A stretch of 64,000 bases of DNA, taken from assembly GCF_009834535.1 (NCBI RefSeq), contig NC_045696.1:39620001-39684000 (forward strand), read 5' to 3'. The notes beneath the pieces were generated by a model. It searched no databases. It saw only the letters and a program-made list of their open reading frames with translations, and had not been told where the DNA came from. A program made the translations under genes and the position numbers. The stretch comes from Camelus ferus. Lineage: Eukaryota. Shown one piece after another: positions 26,519 through 39,566 of the stretch. How positions within the stretch are numbered: position 1 is the stretch's first letter; each line of letters begins with the position of its first letter.

Positions 26519-27806
26519 CCTGTGTCTTTTTGTGCTTTTAGTCAGAGCTCTACATGTATTTTGAAAGAAGACATTGAAGAACTCAGTCAGGCCAATATTC
26601 TTTTCAAAGAAGTGATAGTAGAGAGGTCTATTTGTGTTTAATCATAAAAAAAAAAAGTGAATGGTCCTTTAGGGTTTTATTTTCCCGTCTGGTTCCCATG
26701 TCATTTTCCATTCTTACTGTATTGTGGTTTCTTCTCCCTTGCCTCTAGATTAAACTTTACAGTAGAAATTTGCCTTTCATAGACTTTCAGTGAACTCCAT
26801 AGAATGTAAATAATGGTTTTCGTTATGGTTGTCAGGACTTGTAGAGAATTTACTCTCCCATCCACCAGTACGCTTTTCCTGTCACCGCATCTTTGACGGA
26901 TTGCTGGCGAAAATGTTTCCAGATAAATAGAAATAAATGACAGTTCTGGTCTGGGCATGTTGAATTGTGTAAAACACAGACAAGCTTTTCAGCATTTTAT
27001 CGACTAAAGATCACAAATTCACCTTTTCTTCTCTCACTGTCTTTTCTTACATCACTGCATCTTTCTGTGACTGGTTCTTTCACTTTCGGGTCTACAGGTC
27101 CCTTCAGAATCAGCCAGTCCTCTGCAGAACTGCAGGCACATGAACTACTTTTGCACATGGCTACAAGTGTACTGTGGCTGCTTGTAGTTTATCCCCGGCT
27201 GTGTGTCCAGTTAGGACTACTGCACAATGAGAAGCTTTTACTTTCTTTTTTTTTTTTTTTTTAACCATAACACATAGTAAAAAACACATTTTACTTTGGA
27301 ATTTAGTATGCATACATATTTATAATGAATAACAAAGGCATTTTACCCTTCCTACTCCAGACACCCAGTATTCTCTTCTATCGCTTTTTTAAAATGTGCG
27401 GCTCGTGACTTGCAGAACTGATTTCATGAGCCACCTCTGGGTTGCAGACTGCAGGTTTTACAGCACTCCTCTAGAATCAAGGTACTCTACAGCTTTAGAG
27501 AAAATAGATATTTCCTTTCTGAGGAAACCCAGCAGGTCTAAAGTATTCATGGAAGGTTGCCCAGCAGTTGAAGTGACCAGCAGATGCCCACTGGTCATGT
27601 GACCTGTATCCTCGGGAGGCGGGGCTGTCTCTGCCAGTAGCCGTCGGGAGAAGCTCTGCTGGGAAACTAGAAAGTGTTACTTGCAGTGCTGTGAAGAGGA
27701 CACCTTTCCTTAACATTGAACTTGAGTATGATCTCAGCTTTGTCAGGTATGGGTTAGTGGCTCCAGATAATAGTTACTTGTTTTCACAGCTTCAGTTTCT
27801 TTGTCT

Positions 27807-28263
27807 TGTCGACCGAAAAAGTGCACAACCTAAAAGCTGAGAATTCGGTTTTATTTAGACATCTTACTGAGAACTGTATTTCGGGCAGGCAGCATCTCAG
27901 ATAGCTCTGAGGGATTGTTCCAGAGAGGTAAAGGAGGAGCCAGGATATATAGGAGTTTTTGCTTAGAAAAAAAAGAAGAAAAAAACCCATGTAGTTGAAC
28001 ATCAGAAGGTTACTACTAACACAGAAACAGCATCTCAAGTTAATGATTTTAGTGCGTTTCTATGTATGAGAAGATTCCAGAGTCTGGGCTTATTGAAATC
28101 ATTCCTTTGATATGCATTTTAACCATGTGAAGCTAGTATCGTATTTTCATCCATCCTGAATTTTCCTCAGGGTGCGCCATAGGGGTGGCTACAGTGGCTG
28201 ATGGCTTTATGGCCACAACATCCTTTGTTTACTGAAATGGCAGGTGACATTTTTTTGTCTACA
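27807..28263 (-). mobile_element. ERV1-type solo LTR, copy 2
   Basis: TGTCGAC...CTACA termini, flanks GTCT/GTGT, minus-strand TATA-like (27946-27953) and AATAAA (27850-27855); interrupts a MIR-like core. Confidence 0.82.
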
Positions 28264-28452
28264 GTGTAAATTAATTAGTAAAATTTACCTTCCTTTCCAA
28301 GCTTGTGTAGGAGTAAGGACAACAGAGACATAACGTAATGTGTTACATTATAATGTAATATAACATGCTATAATACACTATAATGTAATGGATAATTATT
28401 ACAGATAAGACTGGTGCTTACTGAGCATCCCCTACCATGTGAGACATGGTGC

Positions 28453-28916
28453 TGACTACTGAAAAAAAGCCACAACCTAAAAGCTGAGAATTATGTTTTA
28501 TTTAGGGAATTACTGAGGACTTAAGCCTGGAATACAGCCTGTCAGACAGCTCTGAGGGATGGGTCTGAAGAGATAGGCGAGGAGCCAGGGTATATAGGAG
28601 TTTTTGCAATAAACAAACAGCAAACAAAAAAAAAACGAGGTAGTTGAACATCAAACGATTACTGCTAATTAAAGAAAAACTAGACGTCTCAACGTAATGA
28701 ATTTCATACTTTTCTGTGTATGGGAAGATGTGAGAGTCTGGACTCATTGAAATTATTCCTTTGATGTGTATCTTAACTATCTAGGGTCAGCATCCTGTTT
28801 TTCCCCCTCCTGCACTCCCCCCAGGGTACACAGTCAGGGTGGCTGCAGTGGCTGAAGGCTTGCTGGCCACAGCATTCTTTGTTTACTGAGATGGCAGGCA
28901 GCATTCTTTGTCCACA
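28453..28916 (-). mobile_element. ERV1-type solo LTR, copy 3
   Basis: TG...CCACA termini with a perfect 4-bp TSD GTGC (28449-28452 / 28917-28920); AATAAA on minus at 28497-28502. Confidence 0.85.
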
Positions 28917-30381
28917 GTGCTTAACAATGGTTGCATTTAGAAATAAAATGTAAGTCACCTAGGGCAAGGTCTGACTGGAATAGACATTAACCATTTGTCA
29001 CCATCATTTTCACTGCCCCCCGCCCAAAGATTAGAGACTGTCATTGCCTTCACCTCAACGTGCAAAGTCGTCATGTTTTACTTTCCCAAGGAAGCCTGGG
29101 AAGATCTTGAGTCTCCTCTCAATCTTAAGTCAGGTGACCTGACACTTCCTCTTCCCAGAGCAGATCCTAAATTTAAGGATCAACCCTGACACAGAAAATG
29201 ACCTTTCAGGGTTGGCTGGACCCTCCCCAAGGCTGCTATTATGTGGCACAACTGAATCTGGGACACACAGCCTACTCACTGTGTAGGAAAGACTGGTCTC
29301 TCACCTCTTTGCTTAGTCTGAATATGGTGTGAATTCTTGCTCAGCTCTGAAATCTTGAGCTCCTTAGTGGCTCCTGAGTAGCAAAGCCAAGATAGAACTG
29401 AAGCTAATTCGCCCCTAGTACGCTGCTGTTTATTTCCATTTTGTCATGCAAACCCCAGGGGCACTCTGATCTTTACCAGCAGTTTTTATACCAAAAAAGA
29501 GCAAAACTGGTAAGGCAGGAAAGATCGGCCATGTGAGGGGGTTGGGGTGAGGGTTTGCAGTACCTAGTCCTGCTGGTAGGTGAGGATAGCGTCTTAATAT
29601 GTGCTTGACCTATTCCTTCTCTTTAATTAAAACAATTTTTTTTTATTTCTTTCTACTTCATAATGGTCCCATTAAGAATTAATTTGAAATTGACGTTCAT
29701 TCAATCATTTATCATTTATCAAACGTACGTTGTCTGCCTGCTCTGGGCCAGGACCTAAAAGTGAGAAAAAACAGGCGCCTCGTCACGGTCTCTCTTTCGT
29801 CTGAGAGGGTACCTGACGGGGAGCGAGAGGGACAGGGCAGGCAGTAAGGAGACAGATACCCATAGTTCTTGTTCTTGAGCAGATTTTAATTTAATGACAT
29901 TAGGAAAGAGTTTGGTTCCAGCTACATCTAACTGTTAGTGTCTTTATTTTCACAGGGGACAACAGCTTTATACCTAGGGCATCTTTTCCTTTGGGGGTGG
30001 CCGAGCATCACTACTTTTATTGTCCCTTATTACTTCCTTTCTTTCTTCCTGTATGGGGCTGTACTTGGTGGTGTCTTGTTTTTAAATTTGGTGCCCCCCC
30101 CCACCCCCACCCCCTATCACCAGCCCTGAAGCTGTTACATAATTTTGGATCCACGCCTGGAAAGTGTGTCTGGGTGTGCAGTTCCATTGTGTATCCGACT
30201 CTAGGCAATATTTAAATAGTGTTTAAGATGATTTTTAAAGAATCTTAAAAATAATTCTGTGTTCATATATAGTCAATGTAATAATATGAATGACCTACTG
30301 CAGTTATTTTCAGTTGTGATTTTAAAAACCTTCAAATATTATATGCATTTGAGAAAATCATTCTTTATCCTTTTCTTCCAG

Positions 30382-30485
30382 GTTTCATCAGTTTCACCCT
30401 TTTCTGTGTGCAGCTGATTTTAAAAATATTGCTTCCTTCTATGGTAGCGATAAATTTGATTTGCCCTATGGGATAAGAACATCAG
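30382..30485 (+). CDS. ST3GAL6: ST3GAL6 coding exon 3
   Basis: ttcttccag| ... G|gtcagt; 104 nt; (R)[34 protein letters not shown](A). Confidence 0.96.
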
Positions 30486-31474
30486 GTCAGTAATATTATT
30501 CTTACCCTGCCCTATTAAATATGAGTGGTGTTTGATGTGAACCATATGTTCATATAATTTTAAGGCCTTTGGATCTTTCCACTTAATAATGATTCCTAAA
30601 GGATATAATTTTGGGATTGGATGAAAAGGAATTAAATTTTAATATATAAATCCCCACCCCTTTTGAAGCAGTGTGGAATAAAAGAATAAAAAAGGTAGAA
30701 TTTTTTGTTGTTGTTGAGAAATTGCTTTTTACTTTTCTTTTGCCACCATATATGATTCACAAGTTCCAATGCCTTACTTTATTCCAATTTAGAATTAGCA
30801 GGACAACCCTGTGGGTTAACTCTTTCTCTGTCTTTCATTTCACCTCTTCAGCTATGAGTTTTACTTTAATTTCATCTGCAAGTTTTATGCCCTTGATCAG
30901 TCTTTTCATTTAATCGTAGGATAAATTTCTGCTAAATTTACTGTTTACTAATGATGAAACACTTTTTCCCTCTGCTTGTTAACAACTAATTTGCTTTACC
31001 CAGCTTTACATTCTAGATTTTTGATTGACTCTAAAAGCCTAAGAGCTAACGAGCCCCAGTTAGATTTTCTTATTCAGTTGATCCTGCGTATGTGTGTGTT
31101 TAAAATATATTGCAGAGAATTTGATAATCTAATAGGTTTAAACTTGCAGAATATTGATTTCTAAACCAATGTTAGTTTCAGAGTCATCAGATATGGTTAA
31201 TTTTGGTTACTTTTTTATAATTGTTTTCAGATTAAGCACCTTATTTATCTGGGGTTTTTGGAAAGTATTCTTAGAGCATTTGCTATTTTGAGTGTGCATG
31301 TTACATGGTGCTGGCAGATGGCAGTTTTGTAGTATGAATTGTCACCAAAGAGTAAATCACAGGTGGCCATACCAGTTTGAAGTGGGTTTGGGGGAGGGGA
31401 GCGGATAAGGTGGCTTACTGTGTGTCTCAGAAGTCATGATTGCTTTTATTCATAATGCTCCATTTGTTTTCTAG

Positions 31475-31538
31475 CTGAACATTTTCGACTTGCTCTTTCA
31501 AAACTGCAGAGTTGTGATCTCTTTGATGAGTTTGACAA
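31475..31538 (+). CDS. ST3GAL6: ST3GAL6 coding exon 4
   Basis: gttttctag| ... AA|gtgagt; 64 nt; (A)EHFRLALSKLQSCDLFDEFD(N). Confidence 0.95.
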
Positions 31539-31756
31539 GTGAGTTTGTTTCCTTGCTTCTTTTATTTTAAGTTTTAGCTAAGGTGATTCAAAATAAGCAC
31601 CCCACTGTAAATATATTCACTCCGGAAGATTCCACAGCTTTTGTGCATAACTAAAATGCCTAGGAGTTATTTCTATGACACTTGAAATAAACAAACCACA
31701 AACCACAAAATAATTTAGAAGTTGCTTAATTGGTTGGCTCAAAAGTATGCAGTCTT

Positions 31757-31890
31757 TTTTCTTTCTTTCTTTCTTTCTTTTTTTACTTTTTTAAAAATTG
31801 AAGTGTAGTCAGTTTACGATGTTAGTTTCAGGTGTACAATAAAGTGATTCAGTTATACAAATACATACATATATATATGTTTTTATGCAG
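31757..31890 (-). mobile_element. Short L1 3' tail insertion with (CTTT)n-decayed tail
   Basis: attgaagtgtagtcagtttacgatgttagtttcaggtgtaca; flanked by gcagtctt on both sides. Confidence 0.7.
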
Positions 31891-32202
31891 GCAGTCTTGA
31901 TGATGCTCTGTGCTAGTCCTAAGTCAGGATATTTTTAATCCACACTCATCTTTTCTAAGTCATTGTTGCTGAAGAATTAATTCATACTCCCTGTTAATCA
32001 TAAGCTCACAGCCTCCCTCCATGGGCTGCTTCCCATACCTTCCCACACATCTTCTGAACTGCTCACTCATGAGGATCTTTTTTGTTTGTATGTCAAATAT
32101 TGGGTGTCAGAAGCAGCTCTCTTCCTTTTATTAAGAATTTTATTTGAGGGAGGCAAACAGCTTGCTTAGGTACAAATTTTCTGACTACAAAAGGCAATTT
32201 AG

Positions 32203-32373
32203 GAAGGGGAGGGTATAGCTCAGTGGTAGAGTGCATGCCTAGCATGCACGAGGTCCTGGGTTTAATCCCCAGTACCTCCATCAAAAACTAAATAAATAAA
32301 TAAGTAAATAAACCTAATTACCTCCCCCTAAAAAGCCAAACCAAACCAAAGTTGTTTTTTTTTTAAACAATAA
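32203..32373 (+). mobile_element. tRNA-derived SINE (Vic-1-like, full length)
   Basis: GGGGAGGGTATAGCTCAGTGGTAGAG...GGTTTAATCCCCAGTACCTCCA, (TAAA)n, CCTAATTACC; 14-bp TSD aaaaggcaatttag / aaaaggcgatttag. Confidence 0.9.
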
Positions 32374-34419
32374 AAAAGGCGATTTAGTTTTTAGAACATT
32401 TTGGTGTCAAGTTAACCCCCTAGGAATTGAATTGCCAAAGACAGACTTCTTAGTAGGTAGGCTCACTTTACAGAGGTAGACTTACTTCACAAAGTTTTAA
32501 GCTACGTTTAGAACTTGACCAGTCCAGTGGGATGACATGGATGATGTGCCGATGAGAGGCCTCCATCAAAAAGGAGATGGCCGAATTTCCCTCTTGTCCA
32601 CAAGAACAGAGGTGCTCTTTGGTGGGTGCAGAAATCGGGGTTGTGACCAGAGGTGTGAAAATGGAGACAGTTTGCAGAACAGAGCTGGAGGAGCAGTGCT
32701 AGATTTTGTCTGAGTTTATCTCATTTTTCTCTGTCAGGGGCCCAGACTATTGAAGAGTGGATTATATAATAACGTTGGTTCATTTCAGTTTGTACTTACT
32801 CTTTATAATTTAAAACTGTGCTGCCAGCCCAGTCAATTTCAATTTCTGTTTGCATACGCAGAGCAACCATACATACTCATTTCTAACTAGAGTTTATGCA
32901 GCTCTTGTCTGTAGAATATTGTTTTGTGCAGACCTTTGGCATATGTGCTTTATGTCAATTCTCTCTATTTTTCACAACTACCCTGCAAAATATACTTGAT
33001 GATATCCATTTTTTTAAATTGAGAAACTGAGGCTAGGCAAACATTTGTAGTTTCTTATAACTGCTAGATGCCAGAGCCAGGATATGAATCTGGATGGGTC
33101 CTCTAGTGCCTGGATGTTTGCTTTAAGAGTGATAATAGACCTTTGATATTTGCAGCAGGTGTCTGCAAATATTTGAAAAAAAATCGTTGGCCCTGTAAGT
33201 GTGAGCTGCTGTCAGGATTCTTGATGGTACGTGATCAGAAGTTTCATACTTGCCTGGTTTTTATCTCAGAACTAGCCTGGGCTTTATTTAGTTGCTTTCC
33301 AAGCTCCTTCCTGCAGAGGTGTTCACCATCATATGTGTGTGCTTCAGCCAGGCTGTCTCCTCTCTTCTTGCTGACTTGGTCTGGCTGCTCCCCACCCTTT
33401 CCCACTTTGTCACTGACAGTGCTCCCCCAACCCAAGCCTCCATTGCCTCATATCATCAACCCATGTCAGTTCTTAGCATCACTAGTGTCGGGAGGGAGGT
33501 GGGTGTGGATGATGAGGAGGGATTGAAAATCAAGCTGATTGCACCAGGATTCTTTAGTCTGAAGATGTCAAGAGACTGAAGTAGCATCACTGTACAGTCA
33601 GAAATCCTTCAGGTACAGAGGGAATGGAAACTACCCCTCAGAGTGAGCACAGTGATGCTCTAGATTCTCAGCATGGCTGAACTGCTTGTTTGATGTGTGC
33701 AAACTTGCTCCCTAGACAAAGAGTATTTTGAAAGTAATTAAGTAAATATACTTGTGATAGTAGTAGCTTCATTTACATACTACTTTTAGGAGGAGATCAC
33801 ATGTACTAGTAAATTTTACCTTTATTTTAAGTAAGTCATTCTGCATTGGTCTGAAACCCACAGTACAACACAGTGATGACATCAGGCCAGCCCATGCCTG
33901 AGCAATACATTTTAAGTAAACTCCAGAAGGACAGAATACACTCAGCTGCCTGTTGCTGCCTCTCAGTCAACTCAGTTTGTCCCTCAGGTGACCTTCTACA
34001 TCTCCCATTTCTCCTCTCTGCCTAGGAAGAAGGCTCTAGAGGAAAGAGGTTTGAGAACAGTCTTTCTTTCTCAGGCAGAGGATCTGGACCTCCCCTGTGG
34101 GGAGTCTGCCCAGCCCTGACTGTGGACTCGGGAGCTGGTGCCCCGTGCCCAGGGGGGAAGCCTTGTCGACATGGGCTCCTCACTCTCTGTCTGGGGTCTG
34201 TAGGTCGGAGGGAACGGGCTGAAGTGGAGAGAGGTGAGGTCCTCCCTTCCAAGTCTCTTCCCCCTTTGGCTGTTCTGTTCGCCCTCTGTCCTCTTTGTCT
34301 CTTCCAGTAAGGTTCAGACACTTTTTGTTGTTTCAAATCTGAGTCCTTTACTTATTCAGCATATACGATGCCCTCAGTTGGGGTAGACTCCACTGTGAAT
34401 GGGAGAACTCCAAATATCA

Positions 34420-35040
34420 GTTGCATTTACAAGATGCAAGTTTTCCTCTTTTTCACAATTGTTGTGTAAGTGAAGTCTCGGGTAAGCATTCTCAGGCCAG
34501 CTTAGCAGCTGTCATCATAGGGACCAAGGCTTCTCTTTTGTGTCTCTGCTATTCCTCCTTGTGGTCCAGTCTGATGGTAGGACTTCCACAAGTCATATCT
34601 ACATTCTGGCAAGCAGGGAGGACACAGGGGGAAGGGCATGTCCCCAGCCATTAAGACTTGCCTCCTTCTTTAAGGACATTTCCTAGAAATCACACTGAAC
34701 ACTTCATTACATCCAGTGATGTGCTGGAGCCAGTTGGTACCAACTTGTGAGAGCTACCGCTCTTCCCAACTCTGTTCAGTGCCATCAAGATGGAAACGTG
34801 AAATTAGCCATGTTGGGTGTATTTATACCATGGAAATTAGCAAACACTGCAAACCAGGGCTTCCCATCAGCCCACTTGTTCCCAAAGAGGACTGATTGGT
34901 AAAAATTTGCCAGCAACCATCAATTACATCACATTGGCTAGGGGAATAATTGCAAGGCTACACCTCGCTGGAAGGTGGACTGGAAAATCTGGAAAATGTA
35001 ACCTTTATTCCATGTGGCTGTGGGCCCACCTTAAAAAAAA
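34420..35040. mobile_element. MLT1-like (MaLR) LTR remnant hosting the hAT element
   Basis: tttcctagaaatcacac...acttcattacatc|acattggctag...ggctacacctcgctggaagg...ctggaaaat pattern. Boundaries approximate. Confidence 0.5.
34714..34922. mobile_element. MER63-like hAT non-autonomous DNA transposon
   Basis: Termini CAGTGATGTGCTGG ... CCAGCAACCATCA with a perfect 8-bp TSD ATTACATC (34706-34713 / 34923-34930). Confidence 0.8.
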
Positions 35041-37309
35041 GTCCTATTTTCAGGGACAAAGGAAACATGACGACTGAGGGGCAGCTAGCAGTCTCCCCAT
35101 GAGTATTCTCCACCATCTCTCTGGTCCCCGCCTGTTTCTGTGCCTGGACCCATTCAAGATTCTAAAGTCAGTTACGTAAGTCTCTACCAACCTCTCTCGG
35201 GACTGGAAGCGGCCAGCCGTGGTTTCTCTCTTGGAGATGGAAATCCTGGGAAGGCAGTTGAAACGCATTAGTGTGGTAAATCATTTTGAAGTGGCCTTTC
35301 TTACAGAGGTCTTCCTTACACCATCTTCGTAGGTAATGTGAGTAAAGTAACTCAGTGAGATAGAGAGAGCCTTTTTCTAAAGTTAATACCATGGAGAATT
35401 CGGGCCGGAATTAGAGGGAAGGAAACCAGAGGGTGTGTGTTGGTCCGTAACACCCTGTGTGAAGGAGCCCCGGTATTGTGACAATTCCACACCTGTTCTT
35501 TGTTCTCCCTCCTTCCTTCCCTCACTGCTCCCCACTCCCACTCCCTTTCAAAAAAAAATCTATTCTTTTCCAAAAGTTTTTGGTCACCACGTAATAATTA
35601 CAATAATTTGCTTTCCTTCCTCCAATCATATCTGTTAGGAAAATATTCTCATCATAGCAAATTACCTTTCTTCCTAACTTTGTGGCAGGAGTTCTCGGTT
35701 TTCCCTGTGAAGAGATGAACCCATACGATGTACCATTTGCAGCCCCCATTTGATTTTATTATTTTATTTGTCTTTTTGGCATGTGTTTTTAACAGAGGGT
35801 TAACCTTGGGCTTTTTCTTTTCTCTTCTTTCTGGGTTTCTTTCCCGAGCAGTGGTCCAGCAGGTTGGGATGGGGTGAATTTTGTGGCGGCTGAACTGTTC
35901 GCTGAAGAATCCCAGTTACATAAGCTAACCTGTCCCTGCTCAGATGTGAGGACTGAGAGCCAGACCCAGAAGCAAAGCAGTGAAGTCACAGAGAGTGTCA
36001 GAGGCAGGAAGGATGGCGCTCACTAGTCCAGTCTGCTCATTTTAAAGAGGAGATGACTGAGGTCCAGAGGTTATATGGGACTCAGAGTTAAGCAGTCTCC
36101 AGTCTTCCACTGTTCTCCAGTTCCTCCCTTTGCATTTTAATGAGCAAAGAAAAGACAGGAAAGACTCCACAATTAAATGTCTGAAACTGAGCATCATCTG
36201 AAGAGGTAAGGGAAAGAGAATTCTGGAATAGCGCATTTTTTTTAATATATCCTTTAGTGTTTCCAGGGCTATAAATCCTCTCCCCCCCACAATTATTTAA
36301 GATAGCTTCTGCCTTTATCCTTAACCTCAAACCATTTTTTTAACCAGGTGATCTTTAATACTTTTACAGAGTTAAACTAAAACATCTCCAGGGTACATGT
36401 GTAAGTTCATTGAAACACATATATGTTAAATACGTGTTTTTTTCTCTTAAAGACTCGTGATCTATATAGAATCTTCTCCCAATAGTTACTACTAAAAACA
36501 TTTTTCTTTTCTCAACTCTCATTCAGAAGGTCATGCACAGTAAATATGCCAACTGACCTCTCTGATTCCGCATCAGAGCCAGCTGATCCTGCATATGGGA
36601 AAGAGAAGAAGTCTCAAAGACATGTTGACAAACTATTTTTTTGATTGAGATGAAATTCACATAACAAAGTGAACCATTTTGTAGAGAACATTTCAGTGGC
36701 ATTTAGTCTATTCACAATATTGTGCAACCACCACCTCTAACTAGTTTCGAAAAGACAAACCATTTAAAAAAAAGTTATTAGAGTAACCTTTTTGTGTTTG
36801 TTTTTTCCATGTTCCTCCCTTTATGGAGATACTCAGCTAGCTCTCAGACTAGGACTTTGGCAGCAGAGGAGTGATTATAAGGAGAGAAGAGGATAGCTTA
36901 AAAAGCAGGTTGTTTTTAGTCTTTCGTCGGGGAGGGCAGGGGAGCTTGTGGGCAGGGGCCGGCTGAACAGCGGGGTCAGCATGTGTGGAAAAGGCACTGG
37001 AGCCAGCAGGGCAGTCGTAACTGCCCTCTGATGACCTTGGCCGAGTTTCTGAGTTTCTGAAGCTTGGTTTCTTATAAGAGAGGAGGTAGAACTGTATATG
37101 CACATTATACTGGTGCCAATTTTAATAGTTAATAGTTAATAGTTAAGTGAGTGAAACCATTATGCAATAGTTGTGTGTAACCTTTATACAATGGGTAAGT
37201 CAGTACAACCATTGGAAGAAACTGGGAGAAGGGTACACAGGACTTCTCAGCACTATTTCTGCAACATCCTGTGAATCTAGAATTATTTCAAAATAGGAAG
37301 CTTAAATTG

Positions 37310-37805
37310 AAAACAAATGAACATGTAAAACTTGTTCATGCATGTTCACAGCAGCATTATTCATAGTGGCCCCAGAGGGGAAGCCACCCCAGTGTCCAGC
37401 AGCTGCTGAATGGTTGAATTAAATATATATATCCATGCAGTGGAATATTATTCAGCCATAAAAAGGAATGCAGTACTGAATCACCCCTATAGCACGAATG
37501 AACCTGGAGAACATTCTGCTAAGGGAAAGAAGCCAGTCACAAAAGGCCACATATGGTATGACTCCATTTATATGAAATGGTCAGGCGAGACAAATGTGTA
37601 GAGATAGAAGGTTGATCAGTTGTGCCCGAGGAGCAGGGAGACGAAGGTAGAGAGTAACTGGGGTATCTTTGTGGGGTGATGAAGATGTTCTGGCTCATTA
37701 GATAGAGGTTATTGTTGCACAGCTTTGTGAAGATGCTTAAACCCATGGAATTTTATTATTTAAAAGGGTGACTTTTATGGTATGTGAATTACATTGCAAT
37801 TAACA
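37310..37805 (+). mobile_element. Old L1M 3' end
   Basis: atgttcacagcagcattattcatagtggc...ggaatattattcagccataaaaaggaatg...ttttatggtatgtgaatta. Confidence 0.8.
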
Positions 37806-39286
37806 AAATAGAAAGTTTTGACAAAGGAGGGGAGTGCTTGAGGTGTCCTCTGGGTTCCTTTCTAGTCGCTTTGTTCAGAGGGCACTGGGATGCCACGCCT
37901 ACGAAAAGCGATCTGGAGCGACAGGACTCTGGTTCTCTTGCCATCTCTTCCGTGTGCTGTCGCCAGGATTTCTGGGGAATCAGACTCCTTGCTGTTCTCC
38001 AAAGCACAGCTCACACAAGGTGACCAGGCTTTTTGTTTGTTTGTCTGTTTTATAAACTTCACTGGTGATTGAGGATACGTTAAGGGAACTATATGACAGA
38101 AGATAGTACTTAAAGTGTGCTGGTGTTCTGAGGCCCAGAGGTCCTGACCCTCCCTGGCTGGCTGGGAAGCTCCTCGGCCCCGGCGTGACCCTGGTCTCGG
38201 GGATTGCGGCTGCCTCCTCTGCGCAGGCACACCCTCCCACAGCCAGAAGAGCAGAAACCCTGCATCGCGGATTCTCAGCTCCCACTTAAAAGACATGAGC
38301 CAGCTCTCCACCCTTAACCACCACTGTCTTCTTCTGAAAGCACACTAGATCCTGTGAAGAACGCTTGAGTCCTGCTTAGGTGGTTACGGAGTAACTCAAC
38401 ATAGAGCTCTTACTTAATGGAAGCACCTGTGTTAAGTCAGCTGCTTGCTGAATGGATGAGGATTTAGGAAAGCTGCCTCTGTGCTCACCCAGGCAGAATC
38501 TGTGTCAGCATCAGCAGAGCCAGGTTAGGCTGGCAACCAGGCAGGGCAGGAGCATGGCTGTAGACAACTCAGGATAGCAGTGTATTTATTAAAAAGAGCC
38601 TGAGCTCTATAAGAAAGGATGTCTGTGTCTGCATTACTGCTCTGGGCATCCTCCTGTTTTGCAGTTTCTTTACAAGGCAGCCTTTTCAGCTGGGAGGAAG
38701 ACTTGAGGGTGAGGGGAGGTTGTGATTCTGTATCAACAAAGTGACTCACATGCAGTGAAGAGAGACACATCTGTGTTTTGTAGCAGCCACTGTAGTCAGA
38801 CGTTGGGCAGACAGAGAGATAGAAACCATGGTGCACGTGCCACAGGAAATGGCCTCATGCAGCATAGAACAACAACAGTCAAGACCTCAGTGATTTCCTT
38901 ACTTCCTTAAAGGGCAACCTGGGATCCTAGAGGTTAGGTCACTAGGCCAGGGTCCCAGAGGTGCTGAATGGGGGGAGCCAGAACTAGCGTCGGATTTCCT
39001 TCCCCAGTCCATTGCACAGGGTTTGACTGAGGCTTTTCAGGCTGCAGGTAACACTCTTCCTAAGAGCAGCTTGAACAAAGCAGAGGTTTATTGTCTTCTG
39101 TATCACACAGATGCTTGGGTTCAGGTCTGCAGGTTCCTGTTTGTAGGGCAGGCTGTGTATGGCTACATAGACCGGATTGCACAAACCCAGGGTGTGCCAA
39201 TGATTCAGAGGTAGTTATCTGTGGTTGGCCTGTGTACAGCCTGCACATCTGTATGGAGTGGCTCTGGTTAGGGGATTGGATATATG

Positions 39287-39566
39287 TATTTCATTGAAGT
39301 ATAGCCAGTTTATAATGTTGTGTCAGTTTCCAGCGTACAGCACATTGCTTCAGTCACACATGAACATACGTATATTCATTTTCATATTGTTATTCACCAT
39401 AAGTTACTATAAGATCTTGAATATAGTTCCCTGTGCTATACAGTGTGAACTTGTTGTTTGTTTATATATATTCGCTATCGGCAAATCTCAAACTCCCAAT
39501 TTATCGTTTCCCACTCCCTTCCCCTGCTGGTAACCATATGTTTGTTTTCTATGTCTGTGAGCCTGT
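39287..39566 (-). mobile_element. L1 3' end fragment
   Basis: attgaagtatagccagtttataatgttgtgtc...gaatatagttccctgtgctatacag...ggtaaccatatgtttgttttctatgtctgtgag. Confidence 0.8.

Noticed and set aside
27807..28916. Two-LTR provirus with deleted interior
   Set aside because: Copy 3 has its own perfect TSD and the spacer is MIR/L2-like rather than retroviral.
32206..32281. tRNA-Ala-like gene
   Set aside because: It continues into an AT-rich SINE tail, is flanked by TSDs and occurs as several diverged copies, so it is a SINE head.
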